DNA from: Candidatus Marinacidobacterales bacterium
Lineage (GTDB): Bacteria > Acidobacteriota > Vicinamibacteria > Marinacidobacterales > SMYC01
Length of the DNA: 64,000 nt
Reading direction: 5' to 3'
Assembly: GCA_965237955.1 (NCBI GenBank)
Contig: OZ250169.1
Span: forward strand, 5,184,001-5,248,000
The notes below the pieces were generated by a model, which was not told the origin of the DNA, searched no databases, and saw only the letters and a program-made list of their open reading frames with translations. Within the stretch, counting starts at the first letter, position 1; every line of letters starts with the position of its first letter. The translations under genes were made by a program, and so were the position numbers. Positions 21,053 through 31,924 of this stretch are shown in pieces.

Positions 21053-21861
21053 TCATCGCCGAGTCCCACCCGGACGACGAGGCGACCGGTTTCGAAGTCG
21101 ACGACCTCCGAGGCTGGATGTGGGCCGAAGTGCCTCGCGAGCAATAACCTCTCCCCGCTTGGGCCGCTTGGGCCGCTTGGGGAAGACTCCTGGGAACGAC
21201 TCTCTGTCTAGACGGAGTTGAAGTGTCGGTTGCGGTTCACGCACGCGGTCCGCTGAGCGACGGTAGCGGTCCATCTTGTCTTTGCCGAAGTCCAGCTCAG
21301 CCATGTAACCGTTATGCGTTTTGCAAGCGAGCCGAATATTTTCAGCGCTTCGATCGCCGCCGACGCCATAGGGCTCGTCGTGGTGGAACTCCACTCCCTC
21401 GCGCGCCGGGCAGCGCCTGCCGTCTTTGGTCTCATACGTGCATTGACCGCCGTCACGCTCCCATACGAAGCGTCTCACCGGGGCGGAGATGCCCCGCGCA
21501 CACCGGGCGACGTGTCGGCTTCTTCGAGACTCTTTCTCGTGTTTTTCGTCTTACCGAAACGCTTGGCTTCCAGCCGTTCGAGTTTCTCGCTCACGGCAGC
21601 TTCCATAACCGAAGCGAGGTCTACGCCAGGCATGAGCGCGGAGAGCCGCTCGATTTTGTCACGAAACTCGGCGCTCGCCGTGAACTGAACTTTATAACGC
21701 GCGGGGGCCAGCGGCTCGACGACCGCCAGCTTCTCAGGTGCTTTCGGAGCAGGAGCTGGCGGAGGGGCCTGACAATTCTCTCCGACGCTGTCTGGACCGG
21801 CTCCGTCTGAACGAGGCTCGGATTTAGACGCTCTGAGTTGGCGCCTGTCGGGTGTAAACAC
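21053..21861 (-). pseudogene. HNH endonuclease gene, 5'-truncated and frameshifted
   Basis: EPLAPARYKVQFTAS...; VWERDGGQC...EFHHDEPYGVGG...NIRLACKTHN; frame break near 21477. Confidence 0.8.
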
Positions 21862-21992
21862 TTCGAGAGACTTTCGAATTCATTTCGAGCGAAACGATGC
21901 GCTTGTCGTTTCTTCAGCGCGTGCTCAGTGGCATTACAGATCGTGTCTGCGATTTTTGTCGAGTGGCTTCGAAAAGGCTGTCAAGCAAAAAG

Positions 21993-22075
21993 TGGGTCCG
22001 GACCGGGTACATTGGTAACAAAACAGACCGGCGACATGGGTGACAATGTGGACAACAGGAGGTCGATATGCCAAC
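21993..22075 (+). mobile_element. Orphan IS481-like left end
   Basis: Imperfect repeats GACCGGGTACATTGGTAACA (22001-22020) and GACCGGCGACATGGGTGACA (22026-22045), then GGAGG and ATG CCA with no transposase body. Confidence 0.45.
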
Positions 22076-22339
22076 GGCGCGGGGTTCGCTCTCTGCAAGC
22101 GTCGTCGACGGAAAGTTGTATGCGATCGGCGGAGGCCAGAGGACTCAGGGAACTTCTCCGCCCACGGCGCTGGCAATGGTGGAAGAGTTTGTCACCCTCT
22201 CAAACGAGTGACAACAATATATAGAGGACGTGGCGATCAAAGTCTTGCCCGAGGAGAGACCAAAACACCGTCGTTATCGTCGCCCCATACGGAAATCCCG
22301 CCATTGGAGCCACGCCGAGCTTTCCATCCCGCGCCCGAT

Positions 22340-25117
22340 AGACCTCTCCCATCCTGGTCACAAACTCGCCCGCTACGAGATTCTCGAGCCCATCGGCAAG
22401 GGCGGGGAGTTCGCTGAGAACGAAGAACGCCTAGTCCCCTGTATCAGAACAAACTAGATAAAGCAGAGCTTGCCGAAACCCTTCTAAGTGCATGAATCTT
22501 ATGAATCTTATGGGCTGGCGAAAAGCCTAACTTTGTATACTAATCAAAGATCCAGGGGACTAGCCCGATTCAAGCGAGAGGCCAAGGTTCTTGCGTCTTT
22601 GAACCATCCGAACATCGCTGCCATTCACGGGCTGGAGGAGTCCGAAGGTACACATTACCTCGTTCTCGAGCTTGTCCCGGGCGAGACTCTGGCCGAAAGG
22701 ATCTCACGCGGTCCCATTCCGGTTGAAGAAGCTATCGAGATCGCCACCAAGATCGCCGAAGCCCTGGAGGAGGCGCACGAACAAGGAATCGTTCACCGGG
22801 ATCTAAAACCCGCCAACATCAAGCAGACCGACGACGGCAAGATCAAGGTTCTGGACTTCGGTCTCGCCAAAGCTTTCGCCAAGGAATCGCCCGAGGCCGA
22901 CAGCTCGATGTCTCCCACGCTTACTAGAGATGCAACTCGGGTGGGCGTGATTCTCGGGACCGCGGCGTATATGAGTCCCGAGCAAGCCAAGGGAAAGCGT
23001 GTTGACAAGCGAACCGACGTGTGGGCGTTCGGTGCGGTCGTCTACGAGATGCTTACGGGAAAGCGGGCGTTCGCTGGTGAAGATGTTTCCGACACGCTCG
23101 CCGCTGTGCTACGAGCGGAGCCGGGCTTCGACGCGCTGCCCGCTGAGACGCCTGCCTCACTCCGGCGGGCGTTGAGGCTCTGCCTGACGAAAGACGTGAA
23201 GCAGCGCTTTCACGCCATGGGTGACGTGCGACTCATGTTGGAGGGTGCACTCGAGCCCGAGCAACCGCTCGGCCGAGCGGGCCCGTCACCACCGGCTCCA
23301 CCGGCGCGGGTCCGCACGGCGGCAGTGTTGCTGCTCGGTGTTGCGACGGGAGCGGCTGCGATTTGGTTCCTTTCTTCGCGCGAGCCTTCGCCGAAGCCGA
23401 TGGTCCGGCGGGCAGAGATCGTGCTGCCCCCATCGGAGAGGTTGTTCTATGGTGCGGGCATCGGGCGTCCCGTGATCGTGTCGCCCCAGGGGACGCATCT
23501 CGTGTACGCGGCGAGGAGAGAATCGTCTGTGCGCCAGCTCTTCGTTCGGCGTTTCGATACGGATCTCGCCACGCCTATCCCCGGAACCGAGAGAGCACTA
23601 CAGTTCTTCTTTTCCCCTGAAGGCGACTGGCTCGGTTTTTTCGCCGACGGTAAGCTCAAGAAGGTCGCACTCTCGGGAGATGTTCTCAAGGAGCTCTGCG
23701 ATGTAACCTATCCACTCGGCGGAGACTGGGGTCGCGACGAGGTCATCTACTTCGCGAGTAGTGCGTGGAGAGACGGAGAATTAGATCCATTGCTATCGGG
23801 TCTCTTTCGGATCCCGTCCGATGGGGGTGTCCCAGAGCAACTGGTGACGGCAGAAGGCGAGCATGCAGATGCTGCTCACCGGTGGCCGCACATTTTGCCG
23901 AAGGGTGACGGAGTCCTCTACACATCCTACGCGCGGGACACATTCTCATCCAACATCGTGTTTCAATCGTTGTTGACTGGAGAGAGCCGTGTCCTGATTG
24001 AAAACGGTGCCAACCCAGTCTATCTGCTGACTGGACACATTCTCTTCCGGCGAGACGACGCTCTTTTGGGGCAGCGCCTCTTGATGCCATCCGCTACCAG
24101 GTCAATGGCAATCCCGCTGAGGTGGCTGACGGGGTCTTAAGCCGTGGAGCGTTCGAATCCGGCTTCCACGTTTCGTTGGAAGGAACGCTGGTTTACGTGC
24201 GAGCTCAGGAGAATCCCGAAAGCGAGCTCGTGTGGGTGGATCGGCAGGGAGGGACGGAGCTCCTGCGCGACTCGAGGGCCGAGCATACTCCGCACCCTCG
24301 GCTCTCGCCGGAGGGGAGACGCGTTGCGGTGACCCGCGGCGGGCTCGGCGCTGATCCGCCGAGCATTTGGATTTACGAGATCGATAGAGGCATCTCGACA
24401 GAGCTGACATTATCGGACGCCGCTAGCTATCGGCCGCTTTGGACGCCGGACGGCAAGAGCATTGTCTACGGGCGCGACGCCACTGGCGGTGTTGACATTT
24501 ACATGACTCGCTCCGACGGGAGCGGGGAAGAGCACCAACTAACGTCGGGAGGGTATCGAGTCCCGACCTCCGTGTCGCCGGACGGCGCGTTCGCGTTCTT
24601 CCGCGAGATGGGACGCAGCTGGGATATCGGCATGGTGCGCCTCGACGGGTCGAGCGGCCCGGAAACGCTGGTCGCATCTGATTACGCCGAGCACACTCCT
24701 GTACTTTCGCCCGATGGGCGGTGGCCCGCCTACGTGTCCGACGAAAGCGGACGCGAGGAGATCTTCGTTCGCCCGTTCCCAGAACTCGAACCCACGACGC
24801 GTCTTTCAACGGAGGGCGGCGCGGAGCCCGCTTGGGCCAGAGGCGGAACTGAGCTCTTTTATAGGAACTTCACGAAGATGATGCTCGTCCCCATCCGAAC
24901 GGGGACCGAACTCCTGCCGGGGCGTCCTGCCGAACTCTTCGAGGGCTGGTATCAGATGGGAGACATTCAGTCGGCTCCCAATACGAACTACGACGTCTCT
25001 CTGGATGGGAAGCGGTTCCTCATGTTGCGGGATGTTGCCGGAGGTCACCTGGACTCACGTATTCAGGTAGTCTTCAACTGGCACGAAGAGCTGCTTAGGC
25101 TGGTTCCGGTGAATTGA
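22340..25117 (+). pseudogene. Ser/Thr protein kinase-TM-TolB/WD40 propeller gene, disrupted
   Basis: YEILEPIGKGG, HRDLKPAN, DFGLAK, YMSPEQ, SPDG repeats, VVFNWHEELLRLVP; deletion after the Gly-loop, MITE at 22431-22563, frameshift near 24080. Confidence 0.85.
22431..22563. mobile_element. IS630-derived MITE (about 133 bp)
   Basis: CTAGTCCCCTG...CAGGGGACTAG ends resemble the IS630 at 55816-57005; removal restores GAA CGC CTA GCC CGA TTC (ERLARF). Confidence 0.85.
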
Positions 25118-25240
25118 GTGGGGATGTGATGGACGCAGCTCGCGAAAGAACATGAAAAACATTTCCGGTTAAGGCAGACTGGTGCGGTCCGGAGCGGTGA
25201 GATCGACGAACCAGTGGGGCCGTTGAGACCGTTCAACTGG

Positions 25241-26674
25241 CTGATCCGGCGTGTGCGTTGGTAGAGCGAATAAGTAGGCGTCGCCGTGAGCGCTTTGTCC
25301 ACGGTGCGAGCCTGAGATCCTGATTAATGAAGTTGATTAGCACGCGCTCCGCTGCGGCGATGAGGAGGAGCGATGCCAAACCGGATTGCTGGGATAGACG
25401 TTCACAAGAAGATGCTGGCGGTGGTGGTCGCCGACATCGCAGTAGAGGGCGAGTATAAGTTTTCGCGCCGGCGTGTGGGCACGAGACCGAGTGAGCTTCG
25501 GGCTCTGGCGGAGTGGCTGGTGGCCGAGGGGGTCGATGAAGTAGTGATGGAATCGACCGCGCAATATTGGCGCCCGGTGTGGGAGGCGTTGGAGCGGTCC
25601 TGGGCTCCGCAGTGCCGAGCTCGGCCGGGCGCGGGTGCGCAGTCGGGCAACTTGCATCTGGCGCAAGCAAAGTCGAATCGCGGCGCGCGGGGTCGGAAGC
25701 GGTATTTTCCGGATGCCGAACGATTGGTGAAGCGTTTGGTGGCGCAGGAGCTGACTCTAAGCTTCGTTCCCGAGCCGGAGCAGCGCCTGTGGCGAACGGT
25801 GATGCGCCGCAAGTACCAGTTCACGCGTAACCGGGTTCAGCTCCAAAACCGCCTAGAGTCGTTGCTGGAGGAAGCGCATCTAAAGTTGTCGAGCCTGGTG
25901 TCGGATCTTCTGGGGCTGAGTGCGCGGCGGATGTTGCAAGCCTTGGCGGACGGGGAAACGGAGCCGGCCCGCTTGGCGGAGTTGGCCGACCGTCGATTGC
26001 GTGCCACGCCCGAGCAGTTGTGCGATGCGCTCGGCGCGTGTGCCGATCTCAACCCCGTCTATCGGAAGCTCGTGCAAATGACGCTCGAGGAATTACGATT
26101 GCTCGAAGAGCAGAGCGCGCAACTCGATGAAGAGATGGCGCATCTGCTCGGCGAGCATCAAGCAGCTGTGCAACGACTCGCTGAAGTGCCTGGGCTCGGC
26201 GTGGATTCGGCGCAGCAGATCATCGCGGAAGTCGGGGCGAGCGCCGAGACGTTTCCGTCGGCCAAGCACCTCGCGTCCTGGGTGGGCGTGTGCCCCGGAG
26301 AGCACGAAAGCGCCGGCAAAAGCTACAGCCATCGCTCGCCCAAAGGCAGTCGGCCGATGCGCCGCCTCCTCAATCAAGCCGCCAACGCGGCCGTCAAGAC
26401 CAAAGGGAGTTTCTTCCAGCTCGTGTACCGGCGCTTGGTTCCACGCCTGGGGCACGCGCAAGCCATCTGGGCCGTTGCCCATCGGTTGTGTCGTTTAATC
26501 TGGAAGATTCTCCACCAGGGCGTTGACTATGAGGAACGTGGCCCCGACGTTAGCCGCGCGCGCTCCAAACGACGCATTGCCAAATATGATCCGCGACCTG
26601 CGCAAACTCGGATATCACATCGAGCCTTCTCTACGGGGAGATCCAGCATGACGATAGATGTTTTTCGATCCTGG
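25241..26674 (+). mobile_element. IS110-family insertion sequence
   Basis: CTGG at 25237-25240 and 26671-26674; removal restores TTC AAC TGG TTC GAA GAG (FNWFEELKRLVPTDN). Confidence 0.8.
25373..26651 (+). CDS. IS110 DEDD recombinase/transposase (frameshift near 26585)
   Basis: GIDVHKK, VMESTAQYW, VPGLG, SWVGVCPGEHESAGK; likely true C-terminus MIRDLRKLGYHIEPSLRGDPA* lies in another frame. Confidence 0.88.
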
Positions 26675-26714
26675 TTCGAAGAGTTGAAGCGCCTCGTCCC
26701 GACCGACAACTGAC

Positions 26715-27360
26715 ATGCCCCTCACCCCGGAACCAAGCTCGGCACCTACGAGATCATCGCCGCCATCGGCGCAGGTGGAATGGAGAAGTCTACCGAGCCA
26801 GCGACACCAAGCTCGACCGAGACGTTGCAATCAAAGTCCTTCCCGAGGAGTTCGCCCAAGACAAGGAGCGCCTTGCCAGGTTCGAGCGGGAGGCCAAGCT
26901 CCTGGCGCAGCTGAACCATTCGAACATCGCCACGCTCCATGGGCTCGAAGAGCACGAAGGCCAGCAGTTCCTGGTGATGGAGCTCGTCGAGGGGGAGATC
27001 TTGGCGGAGCGGATTGCGCAGGGTCCGATCCCCGTCGACGAAGCGATCCCGCTCTTCATCCAGATTGCCGAAGGCCTCGAAGCGGCTCATGACAAGGGAA
27101 TCATTCATCGAGACCTGAAGCCGGCGAACATCAAGATCGGTCCAGACGGCAAGCCGAAGATTCTGGACTTCGGTTTGGCGAAGGCGCTGGAAGGGGACGA
27201 AGGTAGTGATCCGTCGGAGTCGCCCACGATGACAGCCGCCCCCACGCGGGCGGGTGTGATCATGGGCACGGCGGTGTACATGTCGCCGGAGCAAGCCCGG
27301 GGCAAGCCAGTCGATAGGCGGGCTGACATCTGGTCGTTTGGCGTCGTGCTCTTCGAGATC
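26715..27360 (+). pseudogene. Second Ser/Thr kinase, frameshifted and 3'-truncated
   Basis: TKLGTYEIIAAIGAGG, VAIKVLPEEF, HRDLKPAN, DFGLAK, DIWSFGVVLFE, then similarity is lost. Confidence 0.85.
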
Positions 27361-27513
27361 TCGCCTCGGCAACTACGAGGTCCTCTCCGACCTGGGCGCT
27401 GGCGCGCTGAGACCACCCGGCGATCGCCTCCGCCGCCGCATGAACTTCTCCGAGCGCTAAAGCGCAAGCGGTCGGAGCCTGAAAGAAATCCCGGGGTAGG
27501 TGATACTTGGCGA

Positions 27514-27897
27514 CTAGCGATCAGGCGGGGTGAAGGCTGTTGAATCGAGTATGGTTCGGAGTGTCTCGCGCTTGCCCTCCGACAGTCCCGTGAACTCGAT
27601 TCCACAAAGCGCCTGGCTGCCATCCGCCTTGAGCGGTTGGCTCCAGACTACGCGCCCGCTCGCTTCCAGCATCTCTCCGTCGGAAAAACTCAGCATCATC
27701 TGGATGCCACGCCGAGTGTATACCTCACCCGTCTGCACACACGCGCCGCCCTCGGAGATGTTGGTCACGACCCCGTACGCGAACGGGAGGCCGTGCTCTA
27801 GGACGGCAACGGTTACTGATTGAGCTGGTACAAGGCGCGGTGATCTGCGAGCAGGAGCGAAGGGTTCGAGCGATTTGGGTTTCTTTGCCCCCTGCAT
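27514..27897 (-). CDS. PilZ-domain protein
   Basis: RRSPR and NISEGG motifs; GRVVW, GIEF. Confidence 0.85.
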   Translation of the reverse strand: MQGAKKPKSLEPFAPARRSPRLVPAQSVTVAVLEHGLPFAYGVVTNISEGGACVQTGEVYTRRGIQMMLSFSDGEMLEASGRVVWSQPLKADGSQALCGIEFTGLSEGKRETLRTILDSTAFTPPDR

Positions 27898-28398
27898 GAT
27901 GAATCCCCCAAAGCCTGTGCCCTGGGGGCAGGATGCGGCATTTGATGTACGTTAGAAGCAAACACCATGCTAGGAGTTGGCGCCATCGCTTGCCCGCGTC
28001 GGAGGTGGCTTGTTTGCTGTCGGATACGTCGATGCAGAAAGTATTGTGGTATCCGTCCCGTGGGTAGTTCCCAACAATACCGTGTCGCCACGTAGCATTG
28101 CATGCCCAAGATGGTCATCCGGCGTCGGCGATGTGTACCTCACCATGTGTCGAAGTGGGGCACTGCCAAGTCGCGGCTGACGAAGAAGACACGTCTTTCG
28201 CAGACTGGACGCAGGGCTGCTCCAACCCGAGCCGTCCCTCGAAGTCGAATGTTAGCGGCGGGCGTAAATTGCACACTTATGGCGGACGAAAATTGCACAC
28301 TCGGCCATCCGTAAAAGGAGGCCGTTGTCGTGTGTCTGGAGTGCCAGACATGACGGCGCGCCTTCAATCAGAATGGCGTTTCCGGAGTGGAGGCGCCG

Positions 28399-29442
28399 AT
28401 GTACGGAAGGGAGAAACGAGTGTTACTACGAGAGTATTTGGAGCAGGGAATCAAGAAGGCGGCGCTAGCAGACAAGCTAGGAATCAGCCGCCGAACGGTC
28501 CACCACTGGATAAAGACGGGTCAACTGGACCGAGAGTTGGACGAGGAAACGGTGCGCTACAAGAAGCGTCCGCGGATCGAGCGCAGGATCGACCCGTACC
28601 GGGAGATCCTTCATTCGCGCCTGCACGAGTTCCCGGAGCTGAGTTCAGTACGCCTGCATGATGAGATCCGTGCCGCGGGCTATGAAGGCGGCTACACGCA
28701 GGTCAAGGAGTACGTGCGGCAGATTCGCCCACAGCCACCGGCGGAGCCGCTGGTGCGTTTCGAGACCCCACCAGGCCACCAAGCTCAGGTCGATTTTGCA
28801 CACTTTCGTTTGCCATGGGGTCGTCGGTGGGCACTTCTCGTGGTGCTCGGATACTCGAGGCTGCTATGGCTTCGGTTTTTCAAGCGACAGGACATGCGGA
28901 CGTTGTTCGCGGGGCTTGAGCAGGCCTTCCTATTTTTTGGAGGAGTTCCCAAAGAGCTCCTTTTTGACCAGATGCGTTCGGTCATCGTCGAGGATCACCG
29001 CCGGGAAGGTGGCCCTCTCGTTGAGAACCCAGAGTTCGTCCGCTTCGCCCACCACTGGGAGTTTCGAACAAGAGCGTGTCGCCCGTATCGGGCGAAGACC
29101 AAGGGCAAAGTGGAAAGGCCAATCCGCTATGTGAGAGGAAGCTTCTTCTACGGTCGCCACTTTATCAACGATGACGACCTCGATGCTCAGCTCGAGCGTT
29201 GGCTGAGTGACGTCGCCAACGTCCGACTCCATCGCACAACCAACGAACGACCGATAGAACGATTCGCGCGCGATGAAAGGGCCACTCTGAGACCGCTCGT
29301 TGAGCGGCCATATCGCTCTCTTGTACTGCCAAACCAACCCGCGAGAAGAACTCCAAAAGCCTGCTTAACCACACTGCCTTCGATGGATGTCGAGCATCGT
29401 CCCCTCGAAGTCTACACGCGGCTCGTTGGAGGTGGACAATGA
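28399..29442 (+). CDS. istA: IS21 transposase
   Basis: RFETPPGHQAQVDF, LGYSR, FGGVPKELLFDQM, KGKVER. Confidence 0.93.
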   Translation: MYGREKRVLLREYLEQGIKKAALADKLGISRRTVHHWIKTGQLDRELDEETVRYKKRPRIERRIDPYREILHSRLHEFPELSSVRLHDEIRAAGYEGGYTQVKEYVRQIRPQPPAEPLVRFETPPGHQAQVDFAHFRLPWGRRWALLVVLGYSRLLWLRFFKRQDMRTLFAGLEQAFLFFGGVPKELLFDQMRSVIVEDHRREGGPLVENPEFVRFAHHWEFRTRACRPYRAKTKGKVERPIRYVRGSFFYGRHFINDDDLDAQLERWLSDVANVRLHRTTNERPIERFARDERATLRPLVERPYRSLVLPNQPARRTPKACLTTLPSMDVEHRPLEVYTRLVGGGQ

Positions 29443-30266
29443 AGGCGAGCACAATATCGCGACGTGAGCAGATCCGTACGATGCTGGCCGACCTAAAGAT
29501 GCCTGGCGCGCTCGAAGCTGTCGACCGCGTACTATCTGATGCCGATGGCGGTGCGGTCACAACGGCGGAGGCCATCGAGAACCTTCTTGGAGCGCAGATC
29601 ACGTTGAGAAACAACCGTCGTCTCCAAGCGGCGATGCGCTCCTCACGACTCCCCGCGGTCAAAACAATCGATGAGTTCGATTTTTCGTTCCAGCCATCGA
29701 TCAAACGCGAGCAGATTGAGAACCTTCACGAGCTCGGGTTCGTTGAACGTAAGGAGAACGTCGTCTTATTGGGACCTACTGGTGTGGGCAAAACTCATCT
29801 TGCCATCGCCGCTGCCCAGAATGGACGGCGCGTCTATTACGGCACCCTGGCTGAGCTCATCACCTCCCTCGAAGAGGCTCGTGACGCGGGCCGCCTCACT
29901 CGTCGACTCGCGGTTCTCAGTTATCCGTCACTGCTTGTTGTCGATGAAATCGGATACCTACCCGTCACCCAGACCGGCGCGGTGCTTTTTTTCCAGCTCA
30001 TAAGTAGGCGATACGAGCGCGCTTCGACCGTGCTCACCTCTAACAAAAGTTTCGAGGAATGGGGCGAGATCCTTGGCGACGAAGTCATGGCCGCCGCTCT
30101 CATCGACCGCATTCTGCACCACTGCCACCTCGTCAACATCCGAGGAAACAGTTACCGCATGAGAGAGCACTCCGAACTGTGGCGAGCGCTCCATCCGGCG
30201 GGTTCGGACGAACCTCACCCGCCGGCTAAATCTCATAGGAAATACACGGAGGCGACGGCGTCATAG
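29439..30266 (+). CDS. istB: IS21 helper ATPase
   Basis: GPTGVGKTHLA, LLVVDEIGY, LTSNK, DRILHH. Confidence 0.93.
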   Translation: MKASTISRREQIRTMLADLKMPGALEAVDRVLSDADGGAVTTAEAIENLLGAQITLRNNRRLQAAMRSSRLPAVKTIDEFDFSFQPSIKREQIENLHELGFVERKENVVLLGPTGVGKTHLAIAAAQNGRRVYYGTLAELITSLEEARDAGRLTRRLAVLSYPSLLVVDEIGYLPVTQTGAVLFFQLISRRYERASTVLTSNKSFEEWGEILGDEVMAAALIDRILHHCHLVNIRGNSYRMREHSELWRALHPAGSDEPHPPAKSHRKYTEATAS

Positions 30267-30568
30267 GGTTCGCCACCCATGGCTCGGGTGTGCAATTTTC
30301 ATCCGCCATGAATGCGCAGTTTTCGGCCAGCGTTGACATCGAAATTCCCGCGATTCAATTCTTCCATTTCGCGTCGTCGCGCTTCTTCGAAAAGAGGATG
30401 CCTTTCTTCTTCATAGCGACAGACCTGACAAATTTGTTCTGTGTTGAAGGAGCTTCCCTCTGTGGCCCGGTGGACAAAAACACGACAGCCCTTTACCGCA
30501 TCGTAGCTTTAGGACAATAATAGGGCCCTGCCGACCCAACACCGTGCCGAGAGTCTGGAGATTCACTA

Positions 30569-30796
30569 ATGAGCCCATTGAGTAACGTCCTTGTTTCTCT
30601 TCGCAAAGAGCAAGCACACCTGGAGCGTCTGCTCGCTCGCGTGAACCGTGCTATCGACGCTCTGACTGATGCGCCAACGAAGAAGAAAGTTGCTACGAAG
30701 AAGCGCAAGCCGATGTCAGCTGCTGCGAGAAAGGCTGTCTCTGATAAGCTGAAGCAGTATTGGGCTGCCAAGAAGACGGCTGGTAGAAAGAAATAA
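30569..30796 (+). CDS. Small Lys/Arg-rich protein, possibly nucleoid-associated
   Basis: Coiled-coil N-terminus then KKRKPMSAAARKAVSDKLKQYWAAKK; GGAG RBS. Confidence 0.7.
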   Translation: MSPLSNVLVSLRKEQAHLERLLARVNRAIDALTDAPTKKKVATKKRKPMSAAARKAVSDKLKQYWAAKKTAGRKK

Positions 30797-31106
30797 CCTC
30801 GACGGGAACACGAGTAAAGACACCCGGCCGAGCTTTTGGCAGATGGTACGAGGCCGCGCAGGTTGACGGAGAGGAGCAATCGACGAGCCTGATTTTCAGC
30901 GCACGAGGCGTTGTGAGCAAAGCACAGCCCGAACGAACATCTAAGAGAAGGACGACAAATCTCTCACATCCGCGGAGAGCTGCCTCGACAGCGGCGGAAG
31001 CCCGTGTCGGCACATCTTGCACCTGCGGGGCCCGTCACGTATCTTTGCCGAGGCGGGGTAGCCTGGGTTTCCCGCCGAATGGCGCAAGTCGACTGGGGGC
31101 TAGTGG

Positions 31107-31592
31107 ATGTCCGACGATGGCAAGCTCGCTCGGGCGACGCGTCTGTGGCAAGAGGGCTGCCGAGCCCTCTCAGATGGCGATCTAACGAAAGCCATCGATC
31201 TCTACGCGCGCTCGATCGAAACCTGTCCCACCGCCGAGGGCTATACCTTCCGTGGATGGGCGATGAGCTTCGAAGGACAGATCGATGAGGCGATCTCCGA
31301 GTGCTTGAAGGCCATCGAGGTGGATCCGAGTTTCGGAAACCCCTACAACGACATCGGCTGCTACCTCATGCAGCAAGGAGACCTGGACGAAGCTGTCCAC
31401 TGGCTGCGGAGGGCCAAGCAGGCCACCCGCTATGAGTCACCTCACTTCCCGTGTCTCAATCTGGGACGCATCTACATCATTCAGGAGATGTACTCTGCGG
31501 CGCTCAAGGAGTTCGAGCAGGCCCGCAAGCTTCACCCGGACGATCCGATGGCCGAGGCCGCTGTCCGTGCTCTGAAGAGGACGATCCAATAG
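31107..31592 (+). CDS. TPR protein
   Basis: PTAEGYTFRGW, AIEVDPSFGNPYNDIG, NLGRIY repeats. Confidence 0.85.
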   Translation: MSDDGKLARATRLWQEGCRALSDGDLTKAIDLYARSIETCPTAEGYTFRGWAMSFEGQIDEAISECLKAIEVDPSFGNPYNDIGCYLMQQGDLDEAVHWLRRAKQATRYESPHFPCLNLGRIYIIQEMYSAALKEFEQARKLHPDDPMAEAAVRALKRTIQ

Positions 31593-31690
31593 ATGGATGG
31601 GCGATGGCCCGGCCGCGCGACCGCGGGTATTGTCAAGTTGAGAGCTCCCAGGGCGATCCGACCGCGTACCAACCGACATCGCGGGGACTG

Positions 31691-31845
31691 TTACTGCCAC
31701 ACCCAGCGTGGTTGCTCGAAATGGGCCACGCGCGTGGCGCGTCCATGTAGCAGGACTTCGCGGGTTTGATACAGCATCGTGGCCGTAGGCGCCCAGATCG
31801 TCGTACCAAGAAGCGGCATGGGGAAACAAATCAACGGGCGCTCGC
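31691..31845 (-). pseudogene. Diverged duplicate of the 3' end of the Nudix gene at 33305-33934
   Basis: RPLICFPMPLLGTTIWAPTATMLYQTREVLLHGRATRVAHFEQPRW vs RPLMCFPIPLLSTTVWAPTAAMLYQTREVLLHGRSTRVAHFEQPRF. Confidence 0.9.
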
Positions 31846-31924
31846 CTGGTAAATTTCGAGATGCTGCCGGCCGGTGAGGTGTTCCGTGCCCTCGTAACGC
31901 CGGCATCGTGTTAGGCTCTTCCGC

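Larger units (their letters stand above)
28250..30338 (+). mobile_element. IS21-family element
   Basis: TGTT...TGACA ends with internal AAATTGCACAC repeats; 5-bp TSD TCGAA at 28245-28249 and 30339-30343. Confidence 0.92.

Noticed and set aside
21155-21181. Three tandem copies of CCGCTTGGG
   Set aside because: Short slippage repeat in a pseudogene tail
21053-21861. HNH genes as IscB/Cas9-like RNA-guided nucleases
   Set aside because: No RuvC motifs or PLMP N-terminus visible in either copy
26585-26713. Transposase-kinase fusion protein in the ORF track
   Set aside because: Explained by a frameshift that reads through the IS end into target DNA
27955-27973. sigma54-like site upstream of the PilZ gene (TAGCAT-N5-TTGCT, minus strand)
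   Set aside because: Lacks the invariant -24 GG
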